Below the pieces are notes generated by a model. It worked only from the letters and a program-made list of their open reading frames with translations. It was not told the origin of the DNA and did no database searches. Position numbers and translations under genes: made by a program. DNA of 64,000 bases from Lama glama (taxonomy: Eukaryota). Positions 14,251 to 27,295 of the stretch are shown here, one piece after another. The stretch is from positions 79,982,001-80,046,000 of the forward strand of contig CM052817.1 in assembly GCA_028534125.1 (NCBI GenBank). The letters are read 5' to 3'. Numbering within the stretch: position 1 is the stretch's first letter; the number at the start of each line of letters is the position of its first letter.

Positions 14251-15029
14251 CTAGGATGCATTACAAAAAGAGAGTCTCAACAATGCAGAAAGTCTAGACT
14301 AAGTGCCTTCAAGTGAATGGTTTCATTGAAACCCAAACAGGATATGATGACTTTTCATTTGCATAAGTAAGAATGTGAACTGACTAAACATCTTCACGTC
14401 TGGTCACTGCAATAAAATCACTGTAACACTAACAAGTTAGGAGGATAGAAAATTAAGGACTCTATTAAAAATTATCATAGGCCCAGAAAATATTTGCAAG
14501 AGGAAGTAGAGGTACTAAGTCTTATTTTGGTATGCAAACTGACCTGACAAGCGTGGTTTCCAAACCTCAGAGTTATGCCAATTTGATTCCAAGCATCTTT
14601 GGTTAACAATAGAATGGAGAACACCAGCCAAAGATTTTGTTATTTAAAGAGAATTTTCAAATTAATTCTTTTAAGTAATCATTGGTGGGCTAACATTCGC
14701 TGACAAGAGTTTACATTTCTACCATCTATCCTGCATAACTGATGAAAGTAAAATGAGATAATTAATATACTGTGCCTAGTGTAATAACTGGCTTACCTTT
14801 ACTTATAAAGAAAATTGCTATTATTTAAGGCTTGACCAAGAATTTGCATTGTTTAATGACAGACATTCTATTAGTACTTTCTTAGTATGTTTTTATGGTT
14901 AAAGTGGGTGCTTGATACATTTGCCTTAAAATTTTTCCAAGCTAAAATTATCATTGCCATATTCTATGAAGTAAAAATTTAGAACTCCATTTTCTGTTTG
15001 TTCATATGTTGGAAACTGACCTAGTACTA

Positions 15030-15420
15030 TTGCAACAGCCAGCTGTTGCTGTGTAACTGCAAAAACATCCCAGTGGTATTTAACAAAAGCATTTATGTGC
15101 TCATGGCTCTGTGAAGTGGCTAGGGCCGTTCTGCCTCTGCCTACAGCACCTGGCTCTGCCTCATGCTGCAAGTCTACCCATGGGTTAGAACAGCTCTTCT
15201 CAATGCATGTTTATTCCAAGCCTCAGACTAAAAGGGCAGCAACTACGCAAATTAAGTCCATCTCATGGTGGTAGCATAGTTGCAAGAGAACAAGAAAAAT
15301 ATGCAGGATCTCTTAAGGTCTAGGTTCAGAGTTGGCCTCCTGTCACTTCTGCCCAAGCCAATGGAATAGCCAACTACACCTTTAGTAGAAGTAACTACTA
15401 AGTCACAGAGTAAGCTCTAA
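15030..15420. mobile_element. MaLR LTR (MLT1-like), degenerate
   Basis: gtgtaac..cccagtggtatttaacaaaagcatttat and tctcttaaggtctaggttcaga..tgtcacttctgccca motifs. Confidence 0.55.
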
Positions 15421-17119
15421 GTTACAATATGGGATGAAGAGTTATAGCCAATAATACAACTTACCATAAAAGTAACTGTAGAATCTTGATGTGTTGGCAG
15501 ACACTCCCTAATCCTACCTCCTTAAAGAAGCATGTACCCCAATTAGGCTTCTCATACTTTGTCAATATGATTTAAAAAAAAAAGTCCCTTGGCTGGCTGA
15601 CTGTTGAAGCGTATGATTCTATCCTCAAATAGTTATATGGAATGTCTGCCTGTTAGTTACCTAACAGAGTATACCTATGAATTCTGTGACACCTCATGAT
15701 TACAAAATCTCAGTTTGGAAAATCATATTTGTAGAGGACTTCCTAATGGATTAACCATCTCTCAAAATAGGCTAAATTTTATACCTTAAGCAAGACAGTT
15801 TACAGAAAAGTTTCTGTGTACGGCATTGTATATTGGCCTCTTACAAAATTGCTTTTTCTTAACTTAGGCTTGGGTGTTAAGCTCTCAGCCTACATTGCAG
15901 AAAGTTATAAGGAAAAAAGTTCATGGACCTAATTGTTAGTTAGGGTTGACACTGGTGTGATCTACACATTCCATTTTTTTGAATAACCATGGAAGAATTT
16001 TCTCTTGGCTCACAGAAACAAGAATTTTCCATACTTCTCCTGATAAATTGGCTTATTTTTATCTTATAGTCACTGTGGTGTAATTGATCATCTTTCCATT
16101 TTTATTATGGCCAGTAAGAAGCTCTGATGCAGATTTGCAAACCATCTCTGCTGGGGCACAGAGCCTTATGCATAGTATAGCCACTGTGTGCCAGGCTTTA
16201 AGTGAGATATTTAGCTATATATGTCGTGCTTTGACACACATTAAATCCTTAGAAGTGCTTGACACGTAGAAAGTGCTGTATGTGTTTTCCATTTTTATTA
16301 TTATTTTACTATTATTATGGATAATAATGGAATACATTGGATATAAATAAAATTCAATAAAATAAGAGTGGGATCCTAATAGTTGACCTCATATCATTTT
16401 GAAACAAAACGTGCTAAATTCATCTATTACTTTTAGGACGTTTGTAATCGAATTACCTAATAGATAAGCAGCCCTAGTATTGGCTGGGGAAATTTTCTTC
16501 TCCTGATTAACTAATATTTACTGATTAAATTTGTACTGTTTGGACCATAATAAATTTCCACTTCTTGCCAAGAACACTTAGAATGAAATAACTGAAAGCT
16601 TCAGCAAAGATTGAAGTAAATTTTATTAAAGGATAGATAAGAAATTGAAACTGTCTAATCGTTTGGTAGGATAGGGGTTGGGGAGGCTAGGAAGTCCAAT
16701 AAGGAAATCTCTCTAGCACAACAGCTCGTTTTTGACCTAAGTTGGGCCACTAAAATTTCACTTTGCTCCCTTGTTTTGTGGACTGAATGAGAGTGATGAG
16801 CCCAGATTGGTCAGGATTGGTAATCTTACTAGCAAAGACACTATTTCCCCAGGATTTCCTGCAGGGGGAAGGGACCAGAGCTCCAGGGTCCTCTCCACTG
16901 AGTCTGATACACCCTTGCCTTGATGCGTGCATCGAGTTTGATGCAGTCTAACAAAGAGAAGGAAGACAGTTGTTTGCCCACAGCTAAAGGGAAAAACAGA
17001 GAACTGTCAAACTCTTGGCCAGAAGGAAGGAAATCATCCCCTCCTAAATAGAGCAAGGAATCAAGGAAAAATTTCCCCACCAATTCGGAGCTGATTCTGT
17101 TATTTGAAAGAACAGCTGT

Positions 17120-18860
17120 TCACAAAAACAGACACCAAAATCAATGGAACAGAATAAAGAACCCAAAAATGAACCCACATTTATATGGGCAATTAATCTA
17201 TGACAAAGGAGGCAAGAATAGACAATGGGGAAAGATAGCCTCTTTAATAAATGGTGGTAGGAAAACTTGACAGCTTCATGCAAAAGAATCAACCTGGACT
17301 ACTTTCTCATACCTTATGCAAAAATATGTTGAAATGAATTAAAGACTTACATATGAGGCCTAAAGCCATGAAACTCCTGGAAGAAAAGATAAGCAGTACA
17401 GTCTTTGACATAGGTCTTGGCTATATTTTTTGGATCTATTTCCTCAGGCAAGGGGAACGAGTAAAAATAAATTAGACTACATCAAACTAAAAAGTTTTTG
17501 CACAGTGAAGGAAACTATTAACAAAATGAAAAGGCTGCCTACTGAATGGAAGAAGATATTTGCAAACGATATAACCAACAAAGGTTTAATATCCAAAATA
17601 TACAAAGAACTTGTACAACTCAACATCAAAAAAATAAACAACCCAATTAAAAAATGGGCAAAGAACTGGAATAGACAGTTTTTCCAAAGAGGAAATACAG
17701 ATGGCCAACAGGCACATGAAAAGATGCTCAACATCACTAATCATCATAGAAATGCAAATCAAACCCATAATAAGATATCACCTCACACTTGTCAGAATGG
17801 CTATTAACAAAAAGACAACAAATAACAGCTGTTGGTGAGGATATGGAGAAAAGGGAACACTCGTGCACTGTTGGTGGGAATGTAAATCGGTGAAGCCACT
17901 GTGGAAATCACAATGGAGATTCCTCAAAAAGCTAAAAATAGAACTACCACATGATCCAGCAGTTCTAGTCCTGGGTATTCATCGTAAGAAAACAAAAACA
18001 CTAATTGAAAAGATAAATACACTCATGTGTTTATTGTAGCATTGTTTATGATAGCCAAGATACGGAAACAACCCAAGTGCCCATCTATAGATTAATAGAT
18101 AAAGAAGATGTGATGTGTACACACACACACACACACACACAGGAATACTACTCAGCCATAAAAAATGATATATTGCCATTTGCAACAACATGGATGGACT
18201 TAGAGGGTATTATGCTAAGTGAAATAAGTCAGAGAAATACAAATATTGTATGATATCACTTATATGTGGAGCCAAAAAAATAAAACAAATGAACAAACGT
18301 AACGACAAAAACAGAGGTATAGATACAGAAAATAAACAAGTGGTTGTCAGAAGGGAGGAGTTTGGGGAAGGAAGAGAAATAGGTGAGGAAGACTGAGGTA
18401 CAAACTTCCAGTCACAAAATAAGTGCATCACAGGTATGAAATGTACAGTGTGGGGAATATAAGCAATAAGTAATATCTTTGTGTGGTGACAGATGATGAC
18501 CAGACTTATGATCATTTAGAAATGTACAGAAATATCAAATCACTGTGTTGTGTACCAGGAACAAACATAGTATTGTAGGTCAATTATACTTCAAAAACAA
18601 ACAATTTCGCAGAAAAGGAGATCAGATTTCTGACTACTTACTTCTTGTAAGAGGAGTGGGGAGAGGGAAAGGAATTGAATGAAGGTGGTCAAAAGGTACA
18701 AACTTCCAGTTTCTATTTCTTTAATGTTGTATCTGTGGGATGATGGATGTTCACCACACTTACTGTGATGATCACTTCATGTTTGTGTAAGTCAGATCTT
18801 TAGGCTGCACACCTTAAACTCACACAGTGCTGTATGTCAGTTGTATTAATGAAACTGGAA
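17120..18860 (+). mobile_element. 5'-truncated L1 (ORF2 C-terminus + 3' UTR, L1MA-like), degenerate; internal (CA)n ~18119-18141
   Basis: ORF 17430-17807 ([41 protein letters not shown]) is L1 ORF2, followed by a typical 3' UTR. Confidence 0.93.
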
Positions 18861-18867
18861 GGGAAGT

Positions 18868-19006
18868 GGGGAGGGTGCAACTCAGTGGTAGAGTGCCTGC
18901 TTAGCAGGCATGAGGTCCTGGGTTCAATCCCCAGTACCTCCATTTAAATAAATAAATAAATAAGCCTGATTACCGCCCCCCTAAAAAGAAAAAAAATTTT
19001 TAAAAA
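18868..19006 (+). mobile_element. tRNA-derived camelid-type SINE (Vic-1-like)
   Basis: A box ctcagtggtagag, B box ggttcaatcc, (AAAT)n and A tail. TSD aactggaagggaa (18853-18865) / aactgaaagggaa (19007-19019). Confidence 0.9.
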
Positions 19007-19249
19007 AACTGAAAGGGAAAAAAACACCATTTGAGCAAAGAAGCTGAATAAAATTTTTTTTAAAGAAAAGAATAGGACATAACATGCAAAAGACATATGA
19101 AAAATCTATACCAGAAGAAGACATCTAAGCTACAGTTTTCAGGTAATAAACTGGGAAGATTTTACACCCTAAATTAAATTAATAATTATAATACCATGCA
19201 AATTTTGTGGGAAGCAATTTAACAATATCTATAACAATGATAAATGCCA

Positions 19250-19346
19250 GTAGGATGCCCAGCATGCACAAGTTACTGGATTTAATCCCCAGTACCTGCA
19301 TTAAATAAAAAAGTAAAATGAATTACCTACCCCCCAATAAAAAAAA
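19250..19346 (+). mobile_element. 5'-truncated, diverged Vic-1-like SINE
   Basis: agcatgcacaag..taatccccagtacctgcattaaat..aattacctacccccc plus A tail. Confidence 0.7.
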
Positions 19347-20684
19347 GCTATTATCAAATGAACATTTTATTAGATAAACTCTTGCCCTGATAATTTTTTT
19401 CTTGTTTCCCAATTACAAGGACAAACAAGTTATTTCTTCTGAGTTCCATGTCTGAAACTCTTTTTAGTAAATAGGATTGTTATAAAACTTAGAAAGACAC
19501 TGTATGTGAACATGTTTCAAAATACACAAAGAATCATACAAATGAAAGTCAACATCATTAGGTTGAAAATATTAAACATTTTTGGTTTTACCTTTCAGTA
19601 AAACTAACAAAAATACTCTACATTGCAAATTTTTACTTCAGATCGAGAGTGGTATGTTAAAAAAAAAGATTAGAAAACACAATCTAAAGAAGTCATTTTC
19701 TAAAAAGTAGTTTTTCTTCTCAGTGTTCTCAGCTGATTAACCAGCTGCTTCGGCTGTTGTCAATGTCATCAAAAAGGCCGTGGAAGGAAAATTCCATGGC
19801 CTGGTGTGCATCCCTCAGAAATCTCTTCTTACACTTCAAGGTTAATTCAGGTTGTTACAAAAGTCATTTAGGGGGAAGAAATCAGGGCTCATGATAAATT
19901 ATTTCTTCTCTTAGTGTTTATAAATAAAGATGTCCTCCAGGAAACAGACTGTGTGCAAAGGAAGGCAAAGAAATCAAGAACAAATTGTCAGATGGCTACA
20001 GGCACAGGAAGTATGATCTGTGTTTGACCTATGTCCTGTTTCTAGGGGGTTCTGCTTAGACCAGTAGTACAGCAAGCACACATTCTGTATATTAAACATG
20101 CAGGACGGAAAAGCCAAAACCTGAAATGCAATCCGCTTCCAGTCATCTGTATGCTTTTTTTTTTTCTGGTTTATCAAATAATGTTTTCTGTCAGATGAGA
20201 GATCTGGTTTACTCCTCCGCTGCTTCCCCTGACTATTACTGTAGTGTTTACTGTGGTATCGCAACTTATTTTTTTATTATTTGCCCCAGTAAAAATAAGA
20301 AGGAAAGAAATAAACCTGTTCTTTAAAAAAAAAAAAACCAGAATGCCTTGCAAATTAAAAAGAAATAAATAAAGGATTTGAGGGTTGGCTACAGTTCATT
20401 CTCTGAAACGGATCATTATGAAGGACTCTCAGGTCAGTGAATACTAACCAGAACACAGGCATGTGCATAAAACAGCCCAACTTCCCTGTTAATTATTGGT
20501 CCTTGGTTTCTCTCTCTCAGTTTTTTGCTTATCTGGAGGAGATCAGCATGGAAGAGCCAATGCCAATAAAAGAGTGTTCTACATGTGACGAAGGTTCTTT
20601 ACAATATGCTTTCCCATATAGTCCCCTTTCTCTAAAGCTTGATCGTTTTACTCTCTTCACCTTTAAAAACCCCTCAAAATCCAC

Positions 20685-21178
20685 ACTGAGGCTGAAGAGC
20701 GGCAGTATATGCCTCCCCAAAATATGACATTGGGCATGAGGGTTATTTCTAGCTAAAGGTGCTTGAAAAATAGTAGGTGCAAGAAAGGAGCTCTGACCTC
20801 CCCTTTTCTTTCTGAAAGCAGGAGATAAAACTCCCATGTGAAAGATGCCCTCCCTGTGCCGGGAGGAAAGGAACATCTTTTGTCACCAGAGTTGGGGAGT
20901 GGAGGCCAAGAGAACCCTGTACAAACAGAACTTGTTAAAATAACTTTTATCTTCCTTTGATCTCTCCATGTATTTTAGTTATTTCCCACAATGCTCTCTC
21001 TCAGTTCACCCTACGTTGTAAACACTTGGGCCCAGCCCCTTCTCTGGGTCTCCGTTTTCCTGTGAAGTCTCCCATGTTTAGGTAATGCTTTTCTCCTGTT
21101 AGTTTGCTTTGTGTCAGCGTAAAACTCTGGCCCAGCTGGAGCCCATAAGGAGTAGGGGGAAAGTTTTGTTCCCCTTCA
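20685..21178 (+). mobile_element. ERV1-class solo LTR (MER34/MER39-like)
   Basis: tatgcctccccaaaatatg..gctaaagg..aaagcaggagataaaactcccatgtgaaagatgccctccctgt; ends ttcccCTTCA. Confidence 0.8.
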
Positions 21179-22857
21179 AGTCCAAGTATAGACACTATAT
21201 AATGGCTCAGATTCTGTTAAACTGCTTTTTTATTATAGCTTGCTGTTCTTCTAATCCACTGGGAATGAGTATTCTTAAGATTGGAATTGTGGTCATCAGA
21301 AAGCTCATCTTCCAGATGATTCCAATTTTTTCTGGTTTCTTGCTCTTTTCCTGACTGCCTGCCTCGTGTAGGTACTAAAGAGGTAGGCACTTAAGTAGGA
21401 AATTTGATAAAGACTTCCAAAAGGCACACCTCAATTCAATGAAATAGGCAGACATGTTCCCATATGGATGTTGTATATTTTGACAGTCAAAATTTCTCTT
21501 GGTAACTCATGATGACCTGCTTAATATTTTTGTTATGCAGAAGTTTTTCCTCTTGAAAAAAATCACTCTCACTATTTGAATAAAAAGGAAAATACATACT
21601 ATCTATATATTTTAAGGAAAAGACTTTATTTTGTGGACAATTATTTTTAATAATCTTAAAAATTTTCCTGAATACTAATGCTTTCTCATTTTAATTCTCA
21701 TTTAAAACATGTTTATCCTGAAATATGTTACAGAGGAGAAATGGAAAGATCCTTTGAAAAAGCAAGTATTGCATATCTTATATAAAACTCCTGCATTTCT
21801 AGTCATTACTTGCTGTTTTAAACTGAGTATGCATAGCTAAGCTAATAGGAAACATGGTTTGAAACTTTTTGTTGATTTTGACTAAAAGCACAATTTGCCT
21901 GTATTATATTTACATTGTTAAGAAACTTATATAATAAGCAAAAAAGTATGCTTTAGATTAAAGTTAGAAATTGATTTTTTAAATTATAGTACTTTGTAAA
22001 AATAGAACACATAGAAACTTAGAGAAGAATTATATAGAATATGAACTAGGGTAAAAAAAAAACATTAAATCAGTTTCTCCATAGTGACAAAGAGAAATAG
22101 CCATACAAGGCAAAATTGTCATCACTGGCCAACTTGTGTGCATCTTGAATTCACTTGTAGTGTGGAAGTTAGTTCTGTTCTTCAAATGTCTTTTTCTCTC
22201 TGTCTCTTTCTCTGCCTGTGTGTCTCTCTCTCCCAACACATGCACATATATGCACACACACAAGCACGTACATTCAACTTCTTTGTTCCCAATCTACCAG
22301 AGAACATTATTTCTTAATTCAATGATCTTTAAAAGATTTGTTTTGAATGCTCTCTGTGTTGTAGCATAGCATAGTGGTAGCTATGTCACCACAAGTTAAG
22401 TAAGACCCTGGTGCCTCTAGGTACTTACAGTCTAGTGGAAGAAATAAATTATGCACACAAGCAATTAAGAGCAAATGAAGCATTTGATGGTTTAAGAGAT
22501 GTCATTTTGCTTGGGAAAATCTGAAAGTCTTATGTAATAAATGTCGTTTAGTGCGGGTTTTGCACTAGGATGGTGGGATTTTTATAGAAATGATGGCAGA
22601 AAAGCTGAGAGGTCTGATGGAAACCAGCAGCATGAGCAGTGACACAAAGAGCAGCCTTGTTTAGTAGGATTATGACCAAGTCATTCTATTTGGCTGCAGT
22701 GTAAAAATTGGCAAGTAGCTGGTGGGGCAGGGGGTGGTGGGGTGACAAGTAAAACCACGTGTAGAAAACTGTCCTTTATTCAGAAAATGGTGCCAATCTC
22801 TTAGAGGTTCTGGAGGAAGAGCATGACGTGCTGAAGTAGCAGTTAAGAGAAATGATT

Positions 22858-24260
22858 TTTTGTTTGTTTGTTTTGTTATGAAAGTGTTTTTTTATTGATT
22901 TATAATCATTTTACAATGTTGTGTCAAATTCCAGTGTAGAGCACAATTTTTCAGTTATACATGAACTTATATATATATATTCATTGTCACATTTTTTTCT
23001 CTGTGAGCTACCATAAGATCTTGTATATATTTCCCTGTGCTATACTTGTTTATCTATTCTGTAATTTTGAAATCCTAGTCTATCTCTTCCCACCCCCTGC
23101 CCCCTTGGCAACCACAAGTTTGTATTCTATGTCTGTGAGTCCATTTCTGTTTTGTATTTATGCTTTTTTTTTCTTTTTAAATTCCACATATGAGCGATCG
23201 CATATGGTATTATTCTTTCCGTTTCTGCCTTACTTCACTTAGAATGACATTCTCCAGGAACATCCATGTTGCTGCAAATGGCATTATGTTGTCCGTTTTT
23301 ATGGCTAAGTAGTATTCCATTGTATAAATATACCACCTCTTCTTTATCCAGTCATCTGCTGATGGACATTTAGGCTGTTTCCATGTCTTGGCTATTGTAA
23401 ATAATGCTGCTATGAACATTGGTGTGCAGGTGTCATCCTGAAGTAGGGTTCCTTCTGGACATATGCCCAGGAGCGGGATTCCTGGATCATATGGTAAGTC
23501 TACTCCTAGTCTTTTGAGGAATCTCTGTACTGTTTTCCACAGTGGCTGCACCAAACTGCATTNNNNNNNNNNNNNNNNNNNNNNNNNNNNNNNNNNNNNN
23601 NNNNNNNNNNNNNNNNNNNNNNNNNNNNNNNNNNNNNNNNNNNNNNNNNNNNNNNNNNNNNNNNNNNNNNNNNNNNNNNNNNNNNNNNNNNNNNNNNNNN
23701 NNNNNNNNNNNNNNNNNNNNNNNNNNNNNNNNNNNNNNNNNNNNNNNNNNNNNNNNNNNNNNNNNNNNNNNNNNNNNNNNNNNNNNNNNNNNNNNNNNNN
23801 NNNNNNNNNNNNNNNNNNNNNNNNNNNNNNNNNNNNNNNNNNNNNNNNNNNNNNNNNNNNNNNNNNNNNNNNNNNNNNNNNNNNNNNNNNNNNNNNNNNN
23901 NNNNNNNNNNNNNNNNNNNNNNNNNNNNNNNNNNNNNNNNNNNNNNNNNNNNNNNNNNNNNNNNNNNNNNNNNNNNNNNNNNNNNNNNNNNNNNNNNNNN
24001 NNNNNNNNNNNNNNNNNNNNNNNNNNNNNNNNNNNNNNNNNNNNNNNNNNNNNNNNNNNNNNGCTCTATAGTATTGTCTGAAGTCTGGGAGAGTTATTCC
24101 TCCAGCCTCTTTCTTTCTCTTCAGTAATGCTTTGGCAATTCTAGGTCTTTGATGGTTCCATATAAATTTTATTATGATTTGTTCTAGTTCTGTGAAATAT
24201 GTCCTGGGTAATTTGATAGGGATTGCATTAAATCTGTAGATTGCCTTGGGCAGTGTGACC
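22858..24260 (-). mobile_element. Young 5'-truncated L1 (ORF2 C-terminus + 3' UTR) interrupted by an assembly gap
   Basis: Both flanks translate as stop-free L1 ORF2 ([28 protein letters not shown] / [16 protein letters not shown]). Candidate TSD aagagaaatgatt / aagaaaaatgatt. Confidence 0.93.
23563..24062. other. Assembly gap (500 N)
   Basis: Run of exactly 500 n. Confidence 1.
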
Positions 24261-26039
24261 AAAGAAAAATGATTCTTAAGTGAGATCGTAGATTAGACTG
24301 TTGCTACAGAGATTGATTAGCAGGTATTTGCACTGTCCAGAAAAACAGAGGAGAGAGTGGAAATGGACAAGAGATAGTTCAGAATCTTTAAGACTTGGCA
24401 ATCAAAGAGCTTGGGAGTTAAGGTGTCTGTTACTTCTGGTTATGGCCAGGTAACAGGAGGTTAAATTGAACTTGCTCAGGCAGAAAGAGTTCCCAAAGTC
24501 CAAGGGAGCCTGAAGCCCAGCCCTGGGAGCAATTAGAGCCAACTAGAGGCAAGGACCCACACGTCATCTAGTGTACTGAGCCAGAGAGCTGGAAAATAAA
24601 TCATCAGGAGGTAATCATTTGCAGGAGAACGTAATGAGTTTGACTTTGCAAGTTCAGTTTGTGCTGGCCGCTCACATAGGTAGATAGAGCCACCCAGTAA
24701 ATGGGAATGAGACAGCTACGCATCTGGATACAGGCTAAGTTGATAAACCTAGGAGTCACACTCAAAGCAGTGGTAATTAATGCAAAGGGAATGGCTGTTT
24801 GTTGAGGGAAAGTATGGAGAGAGTTCTAAAATGAAAGAGAGAGGAGGAGTTCTTGGTGGAGGAGCTGGGGAAAGGAACTGGGGAAATAGCTCTATGTTTG
24901 GGGAACAGAAACAGGAAAAGGCAATAATCATGGAAGCAGAGAAGCAGCCACCAGGAAAAAGGGAAGAGGATCAGAAGGAGGGTCCAAAGACAAGAACCCT
25001 ACAAGATGAAGTAACACCAGTATCACCCTACAACAAAGAAGGAAGGCCCCAAACAGTCTAAGTGGAAGACAATGACTGGTCTCCACTTTTCAGCAAAGCA
25101 AGGGAGGGGATATTTAAACTAATAGTGGTTTCAGGAGTGGAGAGGGCAGTGGGGCACCAAGTGGTCACAGGTAGAGACGCGTCTTTGAAGAGGTTCAGTG
25201 GTGAAGGAAAGAAGAGAAAAAAGATGGAAAAAAGCATTTTAGGAAATGGGACCCCCAAGTCTGCTGTAGGCCCGGGGGACTGAGCCAATAGAAAAGGGAA
25301 TCACACGCAGGGAGCTCTGGGAAGGAAGCCTCTAGCACTTCAGCTCTCTGGAACCTAGTGATCCAGTGACCTCCCCTATCCAGAATACAACCCAGCACCA
25401 AGAAGCAAAAATGGTCTCAATAGCTTGAATCAATGTCATTATACTTTTTCAGTTAAGTTCATGGGTTCATAAAAGAAAACTCCTTTGCAAAACTGAATCA
25501 GTCTTACTCTCCTTTAGGTCAGAGATGGACAAATGTTTCTCCAGGGCTCTAGTCTGACAGTAGCAAACCACACACACATATATATGATAAAAAATGAAAT
25601 TAAATTCCCATTTAATTAGCTAAGGATACAAAATCTCATAGGACATTAGGAGGCCACAGAGCAGGAGCAGATGTTGCCTTTTCCAGCATGGCCTTCCTTG
25701 ACCCAGGGTCCCTGGGGGCAGAGGTGGGACAGGGACAAGAAGATAAACTGACACTATCCATACGGTATAGGGTTTTTCTGCCTGGAAACATAATTCTGGC
25801 TAAAATCCTGTCCTCTTTTACTAGGCATGCAATCTCCATTCTAGAACTTGCACTAACACCATATGTCATCCCATTTAATGGGAGGCTTACCTGGTCCTTG
25901 AACCATTCTCAGCATCAGCAGGAGACATCAGTGTATAGTCGGTGCCGAGGTATCCCCAAATAATAGCTCTGCCTCCAGTTCTCCAGTACCCTAGGAAGTT
26001 CGTTTCCCCTCAGTGACAGAGATTCTCTGGTGCCTTCTA

Positions 26040-26760
26040 TGTCCCTTCTCCACCCGTCCCCATCCAGCTCTGTGTCCTGGGAGGGGGGATCTGTATGAAC
26101 TCATCACAGGGACCTACCATGCCTCCTGGATTTCAGCTGGGTTTACCCAATAGGAAGCACCAGAAGGACACGGGAATATAGGAGGAAAATGAGATCAGGA
26201 ATTTATTCTCATGCCTCCCTCCCAGCAGGGTCTTTGTAAGTTAGCTGCAGCCTCCCACCCAGACCACAGCTCTTGGCGTCAGTTAGATCTAGATCCTCGT
26301 AACTGTGCCCTCTGCTTGCTCCTAAGACCTAGAGGTTGTAACGACTCCCACTAACTCTAGGGTACTGCTTCTTTAAACCCTACTTAGACTTCTGTAAAGA
26401 GAGTATTAAACTCTCTTCAAATCATTCAGTTTGAGGTACCATTTCTTTCTCTTTTTTATTATTGAAGTATAGTCGATTTACAATGTTGTGATAATTTCTG
26501 GTGTACAGCATAGCGATTCATTTGTACATATATATATTCTTTTTCATATTTATTTTAATTGAAGTATAGTCAGTTGACAACATTGTGTCAATTTCTGGTG
26601 TACAGCATAATGTTTCAGTCATATATACACATACATATATTCCTTTTCATATTCTTTTTCATTGTAGGTTACTACAAGATATTGAAGATAGTTCCCTGTG
26701 CTACACAGTAGGACCTTGCTGTTCATCTATTGCCATTTATCTCTTGCAGAACCTGACTGG
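26040..26760 (-). mobile_element. LTR33-like ERVL LTR with two stacked L1 3' tails (26452-26731) inserted near its end
   Basis: ctctgtgtcctgggagg..ccaataggaagcaccagaagga..ttaaactctcttcaaat motifs. The LTR resumes as ccatttatctcttgcagaacctgactggtac after the L1 tails. Confidence 0.65.
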
Positions 26761-27201
26761 TACCACCATCCTGGTACCAGGCAGATAGGTTTCAGCCAAT
26801 CCTATCAATTGGTAGGAGCATCTTTGGTGAAAGATTCTAAGACCACATCCAGGGTTTTAGTGATTGATGGGTTGTGATTGACTGGATGCAGGTAGGGAAG
26901 AGGGGCTCTCATGTCAACTCTTGGCAATCCTTGTTCTGGATTTTAACAGTCATTTCATGCCCCGATTCTCAGGAGATTTAAAGCCAAACAGAGAGAGGCT
27001 TGTTACAAGTGGGCACTCTGGGAACTGTACAAAGCAGTGGCTGACATACGGGTACAAGAGGAGCCTGAAAGGGAAGCTTAAAAAGCAAACAAACGTAGAT
27101 GCAAACAAAAACCAAACGTGCAAATAATAGCACACCACGGGCCAATCTAGTGTTCGGTCTGCCCAGATAATGGTGGTCTTGAGCAACTGAAAAAAAAGAC
27201 T

Positions 27202-27295
27202 GGGAGAAGGGTATATCTCAGTGGTAGAGCGCATGCTTAGCTTGCACGAGGTCCTGGGTTCGATCCTCAGTACCGCCATTAAAGAGAAAAAAGAC
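27202..27295 (+). mobile_element. tRNA-derived camelid-type SINE (Vic-1-like, short)
   Basis: gggtatatctcagtggtagagcgcatgcttagc..ggtcctgggttcgatcc, flanked by aaaaaagac repeats. Confidence 0.88.

Noticed and set aside
7352..18600. Oppositely oriented related L1s (7.4-9.0 kb and 17.1-18.6 kb)
   Set aside because: Independent diverged insertions 8 kb apart in intergenic DNA, with no evidence of co-transcription.
23210..24262. 350-aa ORF
   Set aside because: Two L1 ORF2 fragments joined through 500 N.
27202..27280. tRNA-like sequence with A and B boxes (also 18868-18940)
   Set aside because: SINE heads with A-rich tails and TSDs, not tRNA genes.
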